Assembly: GCA_043228905.1 (NCBI GenBank)
Contig: JBHGNT010000022.1
Coordinates: 1,612,001 to 1,676,000, forward strand
Source: Azolla caroliniana
Lineage: Eukaryota; Plantae; Polypodiophyta
DNA length: 64,000 nt
Reading direction: 5' to 3'
Both the position numbers and the translations under genes were made by a program. The notes under the pieces are model-generated. The model was given only the letters and a program-made list of their open reading frames with translations, was not told the origin of the DNA and did no database searches. Below are positions 22,436-34,726 of the stretch, piece after piece (position 1 is the first letter of the stretch; every line of letters begins with the position of its first letter).

Positions 22436-25400
22436 AGGGCCGGATTATTGCGCAAGGGCATAGAGATGGGAGGATGTTCATCCTTGATACCAATGTCGTC
22501 GGCACCGCTTTGTTCGCCAAAGGACAGAAGATTGAATCGGATATTGATCTCTGGCGCAAGCGGATCGACCACGTCAATTACCAAAGGCTTCAAGACTTGC
22601 AAACGAAACAAGTTTTTTTCGGTTTGCCAAAGTTCAGTGGCCGGAAGGTCCAAATATCTGAAGCCTGCCAACTCGGGAAGCAACACCGGCTTCCATTCCC
22701 CACCGAATGAAACCGTAGCTGTAACAAGCTCAACCTTATTCATTTGGATGTATGGGGACTCGCACATAACGTTAACGACTACAACCGGCACATATGGATC
22801 TACCTCATTGAATGGAAGAGCGAAGTCTTCGAGTGTTTCCGGAACCTGCAAAGTCTGGTTGAACGAGAAATGGAGAGGAAGATCAACTGCCTGCGGTCGG
22901 ATGGCGGAAAAGAATATTTTTCCGGCCAATTCAACAGTTATCTATAGCAAAAAGGAATTCGGAGAGAGTTCAGCTCCAAATACACACCGGAGCAAAACGG
23001 TGTGGCAAAGGCGATGCTAGAGCAAAAGAGCATGCCCAAATTCTACTAGGCTGAGGTGGTCCGGACGGCCATCTATATCCAAAACCGGATCAGTGAGAAA
23101 GTGTCCGGGCATGAGCTGTATTTCGGGCACTAGCCGAAATTGAGACACCTTCGGTATTCGGTAGCATTGCGTATGTGCATGTGCCGGATGAAAAGCGGAG
23201 GAAGTTGGATGCAAAGTCAAAGAGAAGTGTATCTTAGTCAGTTACTCGCATGAGCAAAAGGGGTATAAGTGTTACAACCCCCAGATGAAGCAGGTTCGAG
23301 TAAGCCGAGATGTTGAGTTCGATGAATCGGCATCATGGTACTCCTTACCGGCTCTGACTTCCGACCCCGACCCGATATTGGAGGATGAGGCTAGTGAGCT
23401 TGAACCGGTCCAATTAGAAGACAAAGGGTTCAAAACTCTAGATGAGAGTCCAGATTCGTTTCAGTTGAGCGGGTCAAACGAGCGACTGGGTCTGACAGAC
23501 CAGTCGGATGATGAACCGACGAGTAGTGGAGACTCTGTCGTGCTCTCCCCGCGCAAGAAACCGAGGAGACGGTTCACACACAAGGAGAAGGGGAAGAAGA
23601 AGATGACGGAACACGAGACTGACAATGGTGAGTCAGATCGAAGCGGATCCGACTCCGGTAAGGAAGAAGTCGGATCTTTGGGAACGAAGACCGAACCGGC
23701 CAAGAAGGGCACCAAACTGGGTAACGCTCAGTTACACCGGTCTTCCCGCCAGAAGAACCCTGTGAAGGAGTACGGGTACAATGAGTACATGGCGAATCAC
23801 TATGCGCACATGACCAAGGTGGCAGAAGTGCATGAGCCGGAGAGCTACGCAAAATCGGCAAAGGACGCAAATTGGCGTGCCACTATTGAAGAAGAAATGT
23901 GGGCACTTGATGCCAACAACACATGGGACCTAGTTGACCCTCCCCAACACTGTAAACCAATTGGATGTAAGTGGGTGTACAAGGTAAAGTACAATGCCGA
24001 CGGTTCGGTTAACCGGTACAAGGCCTGGTTAGTGGCAAAGGGATACGTGCAGACCCACGGAATAGGCTACGACGAGACCTTCGATCCGGTAGAGAAAATG
24101 ACGACGGTTCATGTCGTGCTGGCTATTGTTGCGGCAAGGGGGTGGCATTTTCACCAGATGGACGTGAAGAATGCATTTCTTCAAGGAGATCTTGAAGAAG
24201 AGGTCTTTATGACCCAACCCCCCGGTTTCCAATTGTAGATGAACAAGTCGGCGGTATGCCGTCTGAAGAAGTCACTTTATGGCCTGAAGCAAGCCCCCCG
24301 AGTATGGAATGCGAAGATCACGCACCGGTTGCGTAAGATGGGGTTTGTGGCCTCCAATTCTGACTCTTCGTTGTTCATCCGGCAAGGTCTGGATGGTCCG
24401 ATTTGCATCTTGCTGTATGTTGATGATATAGTCATCACCGGACCCGAACTCGATGAAATCAGCCGAGTCAAGTCCCAATTGTCGGACGCATTTGAGATGG
24501 AGGACCTGGGGGACCTTCACTATTTCCTTGGGATCGAGGTAATCCGAACCCCCGACAACATATTTCCCTCATAGAGACACTAAGTGTTGAAGCCAATATA
24601 TGGAGAAGCCAACCGTGGAGCAGCTTTTGTCCGCGCATCAAATTTTGCGATATGTGAGCGGCACGAAGGACCGGGGACTGTTATACTGACATGGTATAAC
24701 CAAAGAGCTAGTCGGCTACACCGATGCCGACTAGGCCGACGATGCATCGGATCGCCTATCCACCTCCGTCTATATGTTTTCCCTTGGTAGCGCGATTGTT
24801 GCGTGGAGCAGCAAAAAGCAGCCAACAGTGACCCTTTCGAGCACTGAGGATGAATACCGGGGTGCTACTGTTGCCACCTGTGAAGCCATTTGGATTCGGT
24901 GACTTTTGCAAGACCTGCGGATCGAGGTGTCGACCCCGATCTTGATCTACTGCGACAACATAAGCAGCATGCAGCTCGACAAGAACCCCATATTCCATGC
25001 TTGCAAAAAGCCCATAGAAGTGCCCTACCACTTCGTGCATTAGCGTGTCCTGAGCGGTGAAGTCGAACTTCAGTATGTCCATACGGATCGGCAAGTTGCC
25101 GAAATCTTCACCAAACTGCTTGGATCAATAAAGTTGCAACACTTCATCGAAATGCATGGTGTTCAACATCTCGACGTGCCACACTTTAGGGGGAGAATGG
25201 GGAAAGACACCGGAACGGGCAAAGGCAAAGAAACTGCCGATTGCGCCGGTGAGGGAAGAATGACCAAAGGGAGAGACAAGAAGAAGAAATGAGCTGAGTC
25301 GACAAAGGAAGTTGACACATCCGAACAAGTCGGAACAAGCGGCAGCAGCGGCAGAGTCAAGAAGGACAGAGCCAATCGAAAGAAGAAGACCAAGAGCCGG

Positions 25401-26189
25401 ACATGGTCTGATATGGTGAAGGGCCTGGAACCGGAAGACGAATCAGGAGCGACCAATTTGGACAAGAGCTAGAACAAATCGGAGACAGCCGATTCGGTTC
25501 AACAGATGAATTCGGACGAACCGGTTCAACTGAAGGCCAAGCGGATGAGAAGGCAACGGAAGTCAACACCAACACAAAAGAATCGACGGGTCGACAAGCG
25601 CCGAATTCACAGCAGTGAGGGAGCTGAATTGGGCCTATTGAACAAACAAGTCGATCAAGGAGGTCAAGGTGCGCAGAATCAGAAGGGTCGCGGAAATTAG
25701 GACCGGACCGGATCAGGAGCACGACCAAGGCGGAGTGACGCCAGAAGGAGCTAGGTGGAAGGACCGGCTGCCATGGAGACTGACACTACGATTTGACCTC
25801 AACTTGAGTTTGAGGGGGAGTGTTGAGCGACAAGCTCATCCGGATCCGGATCAACTGAATAAGCCTGAGCCGGATCGGCATCCGGAAGGATGAGTCGGAT
25901 CGGTGAGCCGGTGAGCAAGCGAGCTGGTGAGTTGGGGAGCCGGTTAGCCATATCAAGTAGTAATTGAAAGCCTAGTAGCAACCTAGACTACTAGGTAGTT
26001 AATGTCTCGTAGTTAGTGTTAGACGCTCGTATGAGCATTGAAGTACACCGTACTTCTGTCAGTCCTCTTAGGACTTGTATAAATAGTGTTGTTGAGCACA
26101 TTGTATGTACAGAGAATTTACAAAGTTGTTGGTAATAGATTTAAGTTGTTATGGTCTTTCTCTGTCTCTCCTGCATACCTTCTGTGTGT

Positions 26190-26224
<35 letters not shown>

Positions 26225-26274
26225 GCTATCCGTCGAAGCCGGTTGTCTAAAGCTTCTGCACCTTCGTTTTTACA
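22436..26274 (+). mobile_element. Copia element B2, 5'-truncated, degenerate
   Basis: Integrase, RT and RNase H fragments homologous to B1; PPT; 3' LTR. Confidence 0.92.
25821..26274 (+). repeat. B2 3' LTR
   Basis: tgttgagcga...tttttaca after gagggggag; similar to the B3 LTR. Confidence 0.9.
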
Positions 26275-27330
26275 GTGCCCTTCAATGATGGCTAGTACGA
26301 GACAACTCCTGGGGTCGATTGCGAAGGGAGGGTGGTAAGTGAGACGGAAACATCAAGTGTGGGGGCTGGTAATTCCACCTCGGCCCACTTCCTCCTTGTG
26401 TCACCATAGGCGTGTTCCACTATTTCTACCAAAAGCACAAATGGGCAGTAACCACGTCATTGGAGTGGCTGCAAACCTCGTCCAATTGCCCTCGTAGGCA
26501 AGCTGATAATCGCAAACTATATGTCCATGATCACTTCCTCTGGGGGCCACACCAGATCCTGAAAGACCTCTAGGCAATGCGCTTTCCATACATACCACGG
26601 GGTGAAGCCTACGATCAACATCCAAATGTCCGGGAACCTAGGGGATGTGTACTGGAAGCCTCTCTCAAATCGAATCTTGGCGATTTTGCCTCTCATGCAT
26701 ACGTAGCACCAACTATCTGTATTGAAGGTGTCCGTCCACCTATCCATGGAGTGATCAAGCCATGCCGCAACACTCCACGATGTTGTTCCTTCCACTTCAC
26801 ATGCCGCAAGGAGGCGAGTAACTCTATCTGATACCTTTTGAGATTGAGGGAAATCCCATAGACAATGCCTTAGAGTCTCAATAGGTGAATGGCAAAGTGG
26901 GTAACCTAAAGGGCCACCACGTTTACCTAGCCATTCGCCAACGGGAACCACATTATGATCGATTTGCCACCAAAAAAACTTTATCTTTTCTGGCATGTGG
27001 AGATGCTAGAGACCCTTCCAAAAGGTAATGAGTACCTCATCATGGATGCCCAATGTACACCAGCCATTGCGTAAGCGGCTGTCTAGCTGTAGTTGAATAG
27101 TCTGGCCCAGTTTAGTGTTTTACTCAAAGAAATGGTGAAATCTGCCATCATGTTTCCACCTGAAATCCCCTGGGTCCCATTCTAGTTCGAAGAGGGGACG
27201 ACAACCATATACTCATAACTTCCAATGGGTTTCCATCTTAGCAACATCCGGATCTGTCTTTCAGATGTTACCAACTGCGCCACCACGTAGATTGGGTGCC
27301 AAGAGCCCCTACTCTGACTCTCCCCAAAAA
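26275..27330 (-). mobile_element. LINE (L1-like) ORF2 3' remnant with zf-RVT-like region
   Basis: PEKIKFFWWQI...PLCHSPIETLRHCLWD...WYVWKA in ORF 26517-26996. Confidence 0.75.
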
Positions 27331-27381
27331 TTGTATCTCTTCCCGATCCGCTCACGCCCTTCAGCAACTTAACCCGTCCAG

Positions 27382-27514
27382 GCTCTCCGGGTACATTCGT
27401 CATCCGGTACCGAAACCGGGGTCTTCGTCATCCGGATCCGAAACCGAAACCGGGCTTGTCGGCATTCATCTCCAATATCCGACCATCCCATGAGAAGGGA
27501 CCGTAATCCCAACA
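27382..27514 (-). repeat. Family A LTR start fragment
   Basis: Reverse complement of 28434-28566 with one mismatch. Confidence 0.93.
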
Positions 27515-28423
27515 CGAACCTTCTCAATGAAGGACCTGGGTCCGGCGAGACAAATACTAGGGATGCACATCATCCGGGACCGGAGCAAGAAGCAGTTGTG
27601 GCTGTCACAGGAGAAGTACGTGACGAAGGTGCTTCACCGGTTCAACATGTCGGAAGCAAGACCGGTCGGATCGACCCTCCCGACAAACTGCAAGCTGTCC
27701 AGCAAGCAAAGTCCCAAGACAAAGGCTGAAAAGGAGGATATGATGAAAGTGCCGTATGCCTCAGCCGTCGGGAGCTTGATGTACGCCATGGTGTGTACGA
27801 GACCGGACATCGGATATGCAGTCGGAGTGGTGAGCCGGTACATGAGCAATCCCGGCAAAGAGCATTGGAACGCGGCCAAGTGGATACTCCGATACCTGAA
27901 GGGCACGGCAAACGTGTGCCTCCGATTCGGCTCCGGAAAGCCCGAACTCGACGGCTTTACCGATTCGGATATGTCGGCTGATGCAGATACCAGCCGGTCC
28001 ACATCAGGGTATGTGATGACGTATGCAGGGGGAGCTGTTTCATGGCAGTCGAGGCTGCAGAAGACGGTTGCGTTGTCAACTACGGAGGCGGAGTACATGG
28101 CGGCTGTTGAAGCCGGCAAGGAAGTAATATGGATGAAGGACTTCATTAGAGAGCTCGGTATCCGGCAGGAGGAGTACCGACTCTACTGTGACAGTCAGAG
28201 TGCAATCCACCTTGCGAAGAACGCGGCCTATCACTCCCGGACGAAGCACATCCAGCGAAGATATCACTGGATCCGGGAAAGGATAGAAGACAAGGAGTTC
28301 GTGCTGACAAAGATCCACACGGACGAGAACGGGTCGGATATGCTGACCAAGGTCCTCACACCCGACAAGCTGGAAGCATGCCGGAAGAGGATCGGTTTGG
28401 AAAGACATCCCATGCCGAAGTGA
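27515..28423 (+). pseudogene. Inverted 3' part of family A pol (RT end plus RNase H)
   Basis: RTFSMKDLG...SDMLTK continues the A2 frame that breaks at ALHR (29045). Confidence 0.92.
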
Positions 28424-28433
28424 AGGGGGAGTT

Positions 28434-29044
28434 TGTTGGGATTACGGTCCCTTCTCATGGGATGGTCGGATATCGGAGATGAATGCCGACAAGCCCGGTT
28501 TCGGTTTCGGATCCGGATGACGAAGACCCCGGTTTCGGTACCGGATGACGAATGTACCCGGAGAGCGATCCGGATGCAGGGACATATCCGTGAATATGTT
28601 CGCTATGGGCCCCTGAGGCTACAGTTGTAAATAGCCCAAAGTCATATAAGTATAAATATGACTTAGGGCAAACAGTGTTGTTGTTGCTTATCATTTTTCT
28701 GTTTTTCCACTCAAGAGGAGTGAAGAGGGAGCAGCCGTGAGACAGAGTGAGAGATAGAGCGCGAGAGAAGAAGAGGACGACGCCTCTGTGTATTTCCGCC
28801 GCCTGTGGCGAGGACAGCGAGCTCAAGGTCGTCGCCTTGGAGCTCGTCATTGTATACTTCTCTTGTATAGTGTTGTTTGGAGTATTGTACTCCCGTGGTT
28901 TTTCCCATCTAGGGTTTTCCACGTTAATCCCTGTGTACTCGTGTGTTTCTCTCTTTTTTGGTTTCTATTTTCTGCTGCATTGATCCGCGATTACTCGGTT
29001 GTGGCCGAAAGGAAGAAGGTGAATCGAAGCATCGATTCCCAACA
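28434..29044 (+). repeat. Complete family A 3' LTR (611 bp)
   Basis: tgttggga...tcccaaca after PPT gaagggggag. Confidence 0.93.
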
Positions 29045-32000
29045 GTTCGGTGAAGCGCTTTCTTCAGCGTCCGTATCTTGACCTGATCCCGTCCGACGAT
29101 CAACATGTCGTCCACGTACAGGAGGAGTATTAGAGAGTCTCCTCCTTCGAACTTCTTCACAAACACGCAGTGATCAGACTGCGTTTTGTGGTACCCTTCG
29201 TCGGTCATGAAGGAGTCGAACTTCCGGTACCATTGCCGGGGAGCCTGCTTCAGTCCGTAAAGGCTCTTCTTCAACTGGCATACCAGGTGCTCCTTCCCTT
29301 TCTTCTCGAATCCTTCCGGTTGCTGCATGTAGATCTCTTCTTCGAGGTCACCGTGAAGGAATGCCGTCTTCACGTCCATCTGTTCTACCTCGAGGTCCAT
29401 AATTGCCGTTATGCTCAGCACCGTCCGGATGGAGGTCATCTTCACTACCGGGGCAAATATCTCGTCGAAGTCGACGCCCTTCTTCTGCTGGAACCCCTTC
29501 ACCACGATCCTGGCTTTGTATCTCGGGGGGTTTCCGGCATCTCCCGGTTTCAGCTTGAACACCCACTTGTTTCGAAGTGCCCGCTTTCCTTTCGGCAACT
29601 CCACAAGTTCATATGTGTGGTTCTCATGCAGGGAATCCATCTCCTCCTGCATGGCACTTAACCACCTGCGGCTATGGGTGTCAAACTTTGCTTCTTCAAA
29701 ACTCTCCGGTTCCCCCTCGTCGGTCAGCAGCACGTGCTCAGGTTCCGGAAATCTCCGGGGGGCCCTTCTCTCTCTTAGAGGATATCTCCGTTCCGGAGCT
29801 TCGGTAACCGGCTCCTCCGTTTCCTCTTCATCCGAATCCATTTCGGGATCGGGGCCGGTTCCGGTATCAGTTTCATCTTCCTCGGCCGGTTCTGTTTCTT
29901 CACCGTCTTCGGCCGGATCCTCGAGTCCTAACCGGTCCCTTGCCGGTCGGGACTGCTCCTCGTAGAGTTGATTCTCACCGGTCGACTTTGAGCTCTTCAT
30001 CTTCTTCTCCGACTCCCAGTCGGCGAGCGTCTTGTCCTCCATGAAGATGATATCTCGACTCCTGAATATCTTCTTGTCGACCGGGTCCCATACTCGGTAG
30101 CCGAACTCGTCGTCGCCGTAACCGAGGAATATGCATGGCCGGGTCTTTGGATCTAACTTTCCTCTCCGGTCCTTTGCCACATGCACGTATGCGAGACACC
30201 CGAACACCTTCAGATGCCGGTAGGACACTTCCTTACTGGTCCACACTTTCTGCGGCGTGTCTCCGTCCAAAGGTACTGAGGGTGATCTATTTATCACATA
30301 CGTCGCCGTCGACATTGCCTCAGCCCAAAATCCCTTGGGTAATTTCGCATGTGCTAGCATACTCCGGACTCTCTCCATTATGGTCCGGTTCATCCTCTCG
30401 GCCAGCCCGTTCAGTTCCGGCGTCTTCGGCACAGTAAACTCGAGCCGGATTCCCTTCGAGCGACAGTACTCCTCGAACTGCCCCCGGTATTCCCCTCCGT
30501 TATCCGCTCGTATCGCTTTCAGCTTCTTGCCGGATTCCCTTTCCACTCTCGCGTGGAGTTCTTTGAAGACAGACAATACTTGGTCCTTTGTCTTCAACGG
30601 TGCCGTCCACAGCTTCCGACTATGGTGATCTATGAATGTTACGAAGTACTGGGCTCCGCCATGTGACTTCGTTTCTACCTGACACACATCAGTGTGTACC
30701 AACTCCAATGGTACACTACGTCTCATCGGTGGTCTTGAACGGAAGGAGGTTCGGTTCTGCTTACCGGCCAGACAGTCGGTACACTTCCCCAAGTGTACGT
30801 GCTTTACCGGTATCAGGTTGTCTTCGGCAAGTCTCTTCATCCCCTTCTCGCTCATGTGGCACAGTCTCTTGTGCCACAGCTCACCGGCAGTGTCGGCTGC
30901 CACGTTCAACTCTTCCAGACACAACCAGGCATTCATAAGGTACAGTGTGTTGACTTTCCGGGCCCGAGCCACTATCAGGCTCCCCTTGCTGAACTTCATT
31001 ACGCCGTTCCGGATGCTACCTGTGTAGCCTTCATCGTCTAGCCTCCCGGCCGAAATCAGGTTCAATCGAACCTCCGGAACGTGTCTGACATCCTTCAGCA
31101 GCATTTTGCATCCGGTCGAGGTTGTCACCCACACGTCTCCTATGCCGGCAATCCGGCACGTACCTTCATTTCCCATCCGAACACAGCCATGCTCACCGGC
31201 TGTGTAGGATGAGAAGTATCTTCTCTCCGGGGTTAGGTGGAACGACGCTCCAGAATCGACCACCCAGGTCGTCTCATCGCCGGCAATGTTTAGTTCACCT
31301 TCTTCGGTGATGAGCATGATTTCTTCCTCACTTGCCGCGAGTGCCGTCGTTCCTTTCCGGTCCTGCCCTTGCCGATCCGGACCTCTCCGGTCCGTGGCTC
31401 CCCGGTATGCACCGTTTCTCTCCGGTGACTTCTTCGAATCGGTGTCGTCGGCTCCGTTGTCCTTTCAGTAATGCCGACAATTCTTCTGGAAGTGCCCCGG
31501 CTTCCCACAGTGGAAGCATGTGGGTCTTCCTCTTGACTGCGACCGGGTCCCCGACTTCTCCCGTCTTTGTGGACTCCGGTTCCATTGTCTTCCCCGTTCC
31601 GATTCGGTAAGCAGCGCCTTCGAGTCGGAGGCCGGTTCTTTATCTCTCCGACGCGCTTCTTCGTTCAAAATACTCGTCTTTACCGTTTGTAGGGACAAGT
31701 TATCTTCGGTGCAGGAGGTGCTGAGAGTCACCACCAAGTTCTCCCAGCTGTCCGGCAATGTACACATCAGAATGATGGCTTGCATTGCATCCTCCAACGG
31801 GAACTTGATCGCCGCAAGCTGGTTCACGAATCCCACGAACGTGCTTACGTGTTCCACCATACTCTCGCCGTCCCGGTACTTGAGGTTCACTATCTTTCTC
31901 ATCAGGGAGGTCCGGTTCAACGCATTCTTCCTCTCGTAGAGGCCCGACAGCTTCCGCCACATCTCATATGCGTTGGTGTCGTTCGCCATGTGTTGTAGAA

Positions 32001-32214
32001 CACTCACGTCGACGTATTGCCGAATGGTTGCAACGGCTTTCCAGTTCAGAAGCCTCCATTCCGACTCAAGTACCCCCTTCGGTATTTCCGACCTGTCAAT
32101 CGGTTCGTACAGATCCCGAACAATCAGAAGATCCTCCATCTTGATCTTCCAGTCGGCGTAATTCTGCGCATTCAGCACCATCATCCCCGGCTGCCCGCTG
32201 CTGCCGCCTTCCAT
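29045..32214 (-). pseudogene. A2 gag-pol with a premature stop at 31465-31467 and an inversion break
   Basis: ORFs 31465-32325 and 28924-31317 are in the same frame; CGA in A1 is TGA here. Confidence 0.9.
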
Positions 32215-32244
32215 TTTCTGTGTTACCGTCGCTCTGATACCACT

Positions 32245-32953
32245 TGTTGAACACAGTGCTCGGCCACAACCGAGGAACAGGATCGATTCACAGAAAACGG
32301 GAAATACAAGAATGCACGAAAACAATAGAGAGAAGGGTACACTGGATGTTTTACGTGGAAAGCCCTAAATGGGAAAAACCACGGGAGTGCAAGACTCCAA
32401 CTATCACTATACGCGGGGAATGTACAATGGCGAGCTGCAAGGCGACGACCTTGAGCTCGCTGTCCTCGCCACAGGCGGCGGTATTACACAGAGGCGTCGA
32501 CCTCTTCCTTCCTCTTTCTCTCTCACTCTCTCTCGGCTGCTCTCACTTCGCTTCCTCTCAGTGGAAAAACAGAAAATGAGCAACAACTTCAACAACAACC
32601 AAAACTGTTTGCCCTAAGTCATATTTATACACATATGACTTTCGGGCTATTTACAAAATATAGCCTCAAGGGCCCTTGGCAAACATATTCACAAATATGT
32701 CCCCGCATCCGGATCTCTCTCCGGGTACATACGTCATCCGGCTCCGTAACCGGGGTCTTCAGCATCCGGCTCCGTAACCGGGGTCTTCAGCATCCGGCTC
32801 CGTAACCGGGGTCTTCATCATCCGGATCCGCAGCCGGGTACTCTTCATCCGGCTTCATGCCGGGTGCTCTTCATCATACGGTTCCGTAGCAGCCTCCGGG
32901 CCTGCCGTCATTCATCTCCGGACATCCCATCCGGAGGGACCGAAATCCCAACA
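32245..32953 (-). repeat. A2 5' LTR (different LTR subtype) with an internal 28-bp tandem repeat at 32735-32818
   Basis: TG...CA termini; three copies of catccggctccgtaaccggggtcttcag followed by degenerate copies. Confidence 0.9.
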
Positions 32954-33625
32954 AGGTCTAGTCTCATGGATGGTGATCTGAGAAGGTAAGACTTGCCAAG
33001 ATAGCGAAGGAGCCCCCCAGCTCTTCGAGGGACGAGCTGATGTATATGCAGTCTAGCCGTGCAAGACTACCACCCCTAGCACTCACGACAGCTCGGGAGA
33101 AGTGTAGAGAATGTGACCATCTCCTATGGGAAGAGCCCCATGTATCCTTCACCCCAATTTTTCCAATTAGGAAAGCCCATGAGTCCAACTGTGCACCATG
33201 AAGCGGTCTTCGGGTCCCCCCTTTCCTATCTCCCAGATGCTCAGTCATGTTAAAATCTCCAGCCATTAACCACGCCTCTGCATCAAGCAATGTTGTCACT
33301 AACATCCTCAAAAAGATTGCTCTCTCGGGGGAAGAGTTAGGGTCATAAATGTTCAAAAGTACATATAAGGCTCTACCCACCACCAACGTGCCATGTGATG
33401 TTACTTCGTAACAGGCTTGATCGCTAATCGAGATGCAGACCCCACCTCTTCGGTGGAGGTCACCCTATGCTGTCGACCACCACGTGGTCCATCCACCCGA
33501 CAAGGGGTTTAGTAGGCTCTGAGTTCTCTCTTGAGAGAGGTGGTGTTCCTGAAAAAGCAATATGTCAATATTGTCCCCTATATTAAGGGGATTCAACTCC
33601 TCCCGAAGTCTTTGAGAAGAAATAG
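32954..33625 (-). mobile_element. LINE ORF2 AP-endonuclease remnant
   Basis: DILLFQEH, LNIYDPN, GDFN, ARLDCIY, SDHHP motifs. Confidence 0.85.
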
Positions 33626-34354
33626 TGTGGAATATCGCTCGGCCACAACCTAGTCTTGAATCACAGAAATGGGAATGAACAAGAGAGTACACAGAAATGA
33701 CACAGGATGTTTACATGGAAAACCCTAATAGGGAAAAACCACATGAGCCCAAGGACTCCAACTATCACTATATGAGAGGAAATACAAAGTGGAGGCACAA
33801 AGGCAACGACCTCGTGCTCGCGATCATCGCCAGACAACGGTTACAACAGAGAGTGCTCGTAGCTTCTCTCTCTCTCTCTCTGTCGCTCTTTGTACTGTAG
33901 TTATGCACATACAACAATATGACAATAACAATACAACACTCTATACAAGTGATTACCCTAAGTCATATTTATACTTATATGAACTTAGGGCTATTTACAA
34001 ATATAGCCTCAATGGGCTTACTTGAAAGATATTTACATACATGTCTCTCTTCCGGTTCTCACCAGCTCTCTTCCGGTTCTCACCAGGTCCTCTTCATTCT
34101 TCACTGGATCCCATCTGGAGGGACCGATTTCCCAACAATCTCCCCCTTCACTCCGGCATGGGATGTCTCGTCAGCCCGATTCGCTTTTGGTAGGCATCCA
34201 ACTTGTCAATCATTAACACCTTGGTCAACAAGAACTCTTGATCTTCTACACTCTCCCAGATCTAGTGGTACCTCCGCTAGATATGTTTCGTCCGGGAATG
34301 GTAGGCCGCATTCTTTGCAAGGTGGATGACACTTTGACTGTTGCAGTAGAGCCG

Positions 34355-34684
34355 CGTTGAGCGGCAGCTCAACCGGATCCAGATCGACATCTGGAAGGAT
34401 GAGCCGGATCGGTGAGCTAGTGAGCTGGGGAGCCCATTAGCCGGATCAAGCAGTAACCGGAACCCTAGTAGCAGCCTAGACTACTAAGTAGTTAATATCT
34501 CATAGTTAGTGTTAGACGCTCGTGTGAGCATTGAAGTACATTGTACTTCTGTCAGTCCTCTTAGGACTTGTATAAATAGTGTTGTTGAGCACGTTGTATG
34601 TACAGAGAATTTTACAGAGTTTTTTGATAATAGATTTAAGTGGTTCTGCTCTTTCTCTATCTCTACTGTGTACCTTCTATGTGT

Positions 34685-34726
<42 letters not shown>

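Larger units (their letters stand above)
29045..32953 (-). mobile_element. Copia element A2 (5' LTR, PBS, gag to mid-RT)
   Basis: Close paralog of A1; PBS at 32231-32242; 5' LTR at 32245-32953. Confidence 0.95.

Noticed and set aside
27182-27403. KLLKGVSG as an ABC-transporter-like fragment
   Set aside because: Too short, and it spans a rearrangement junction
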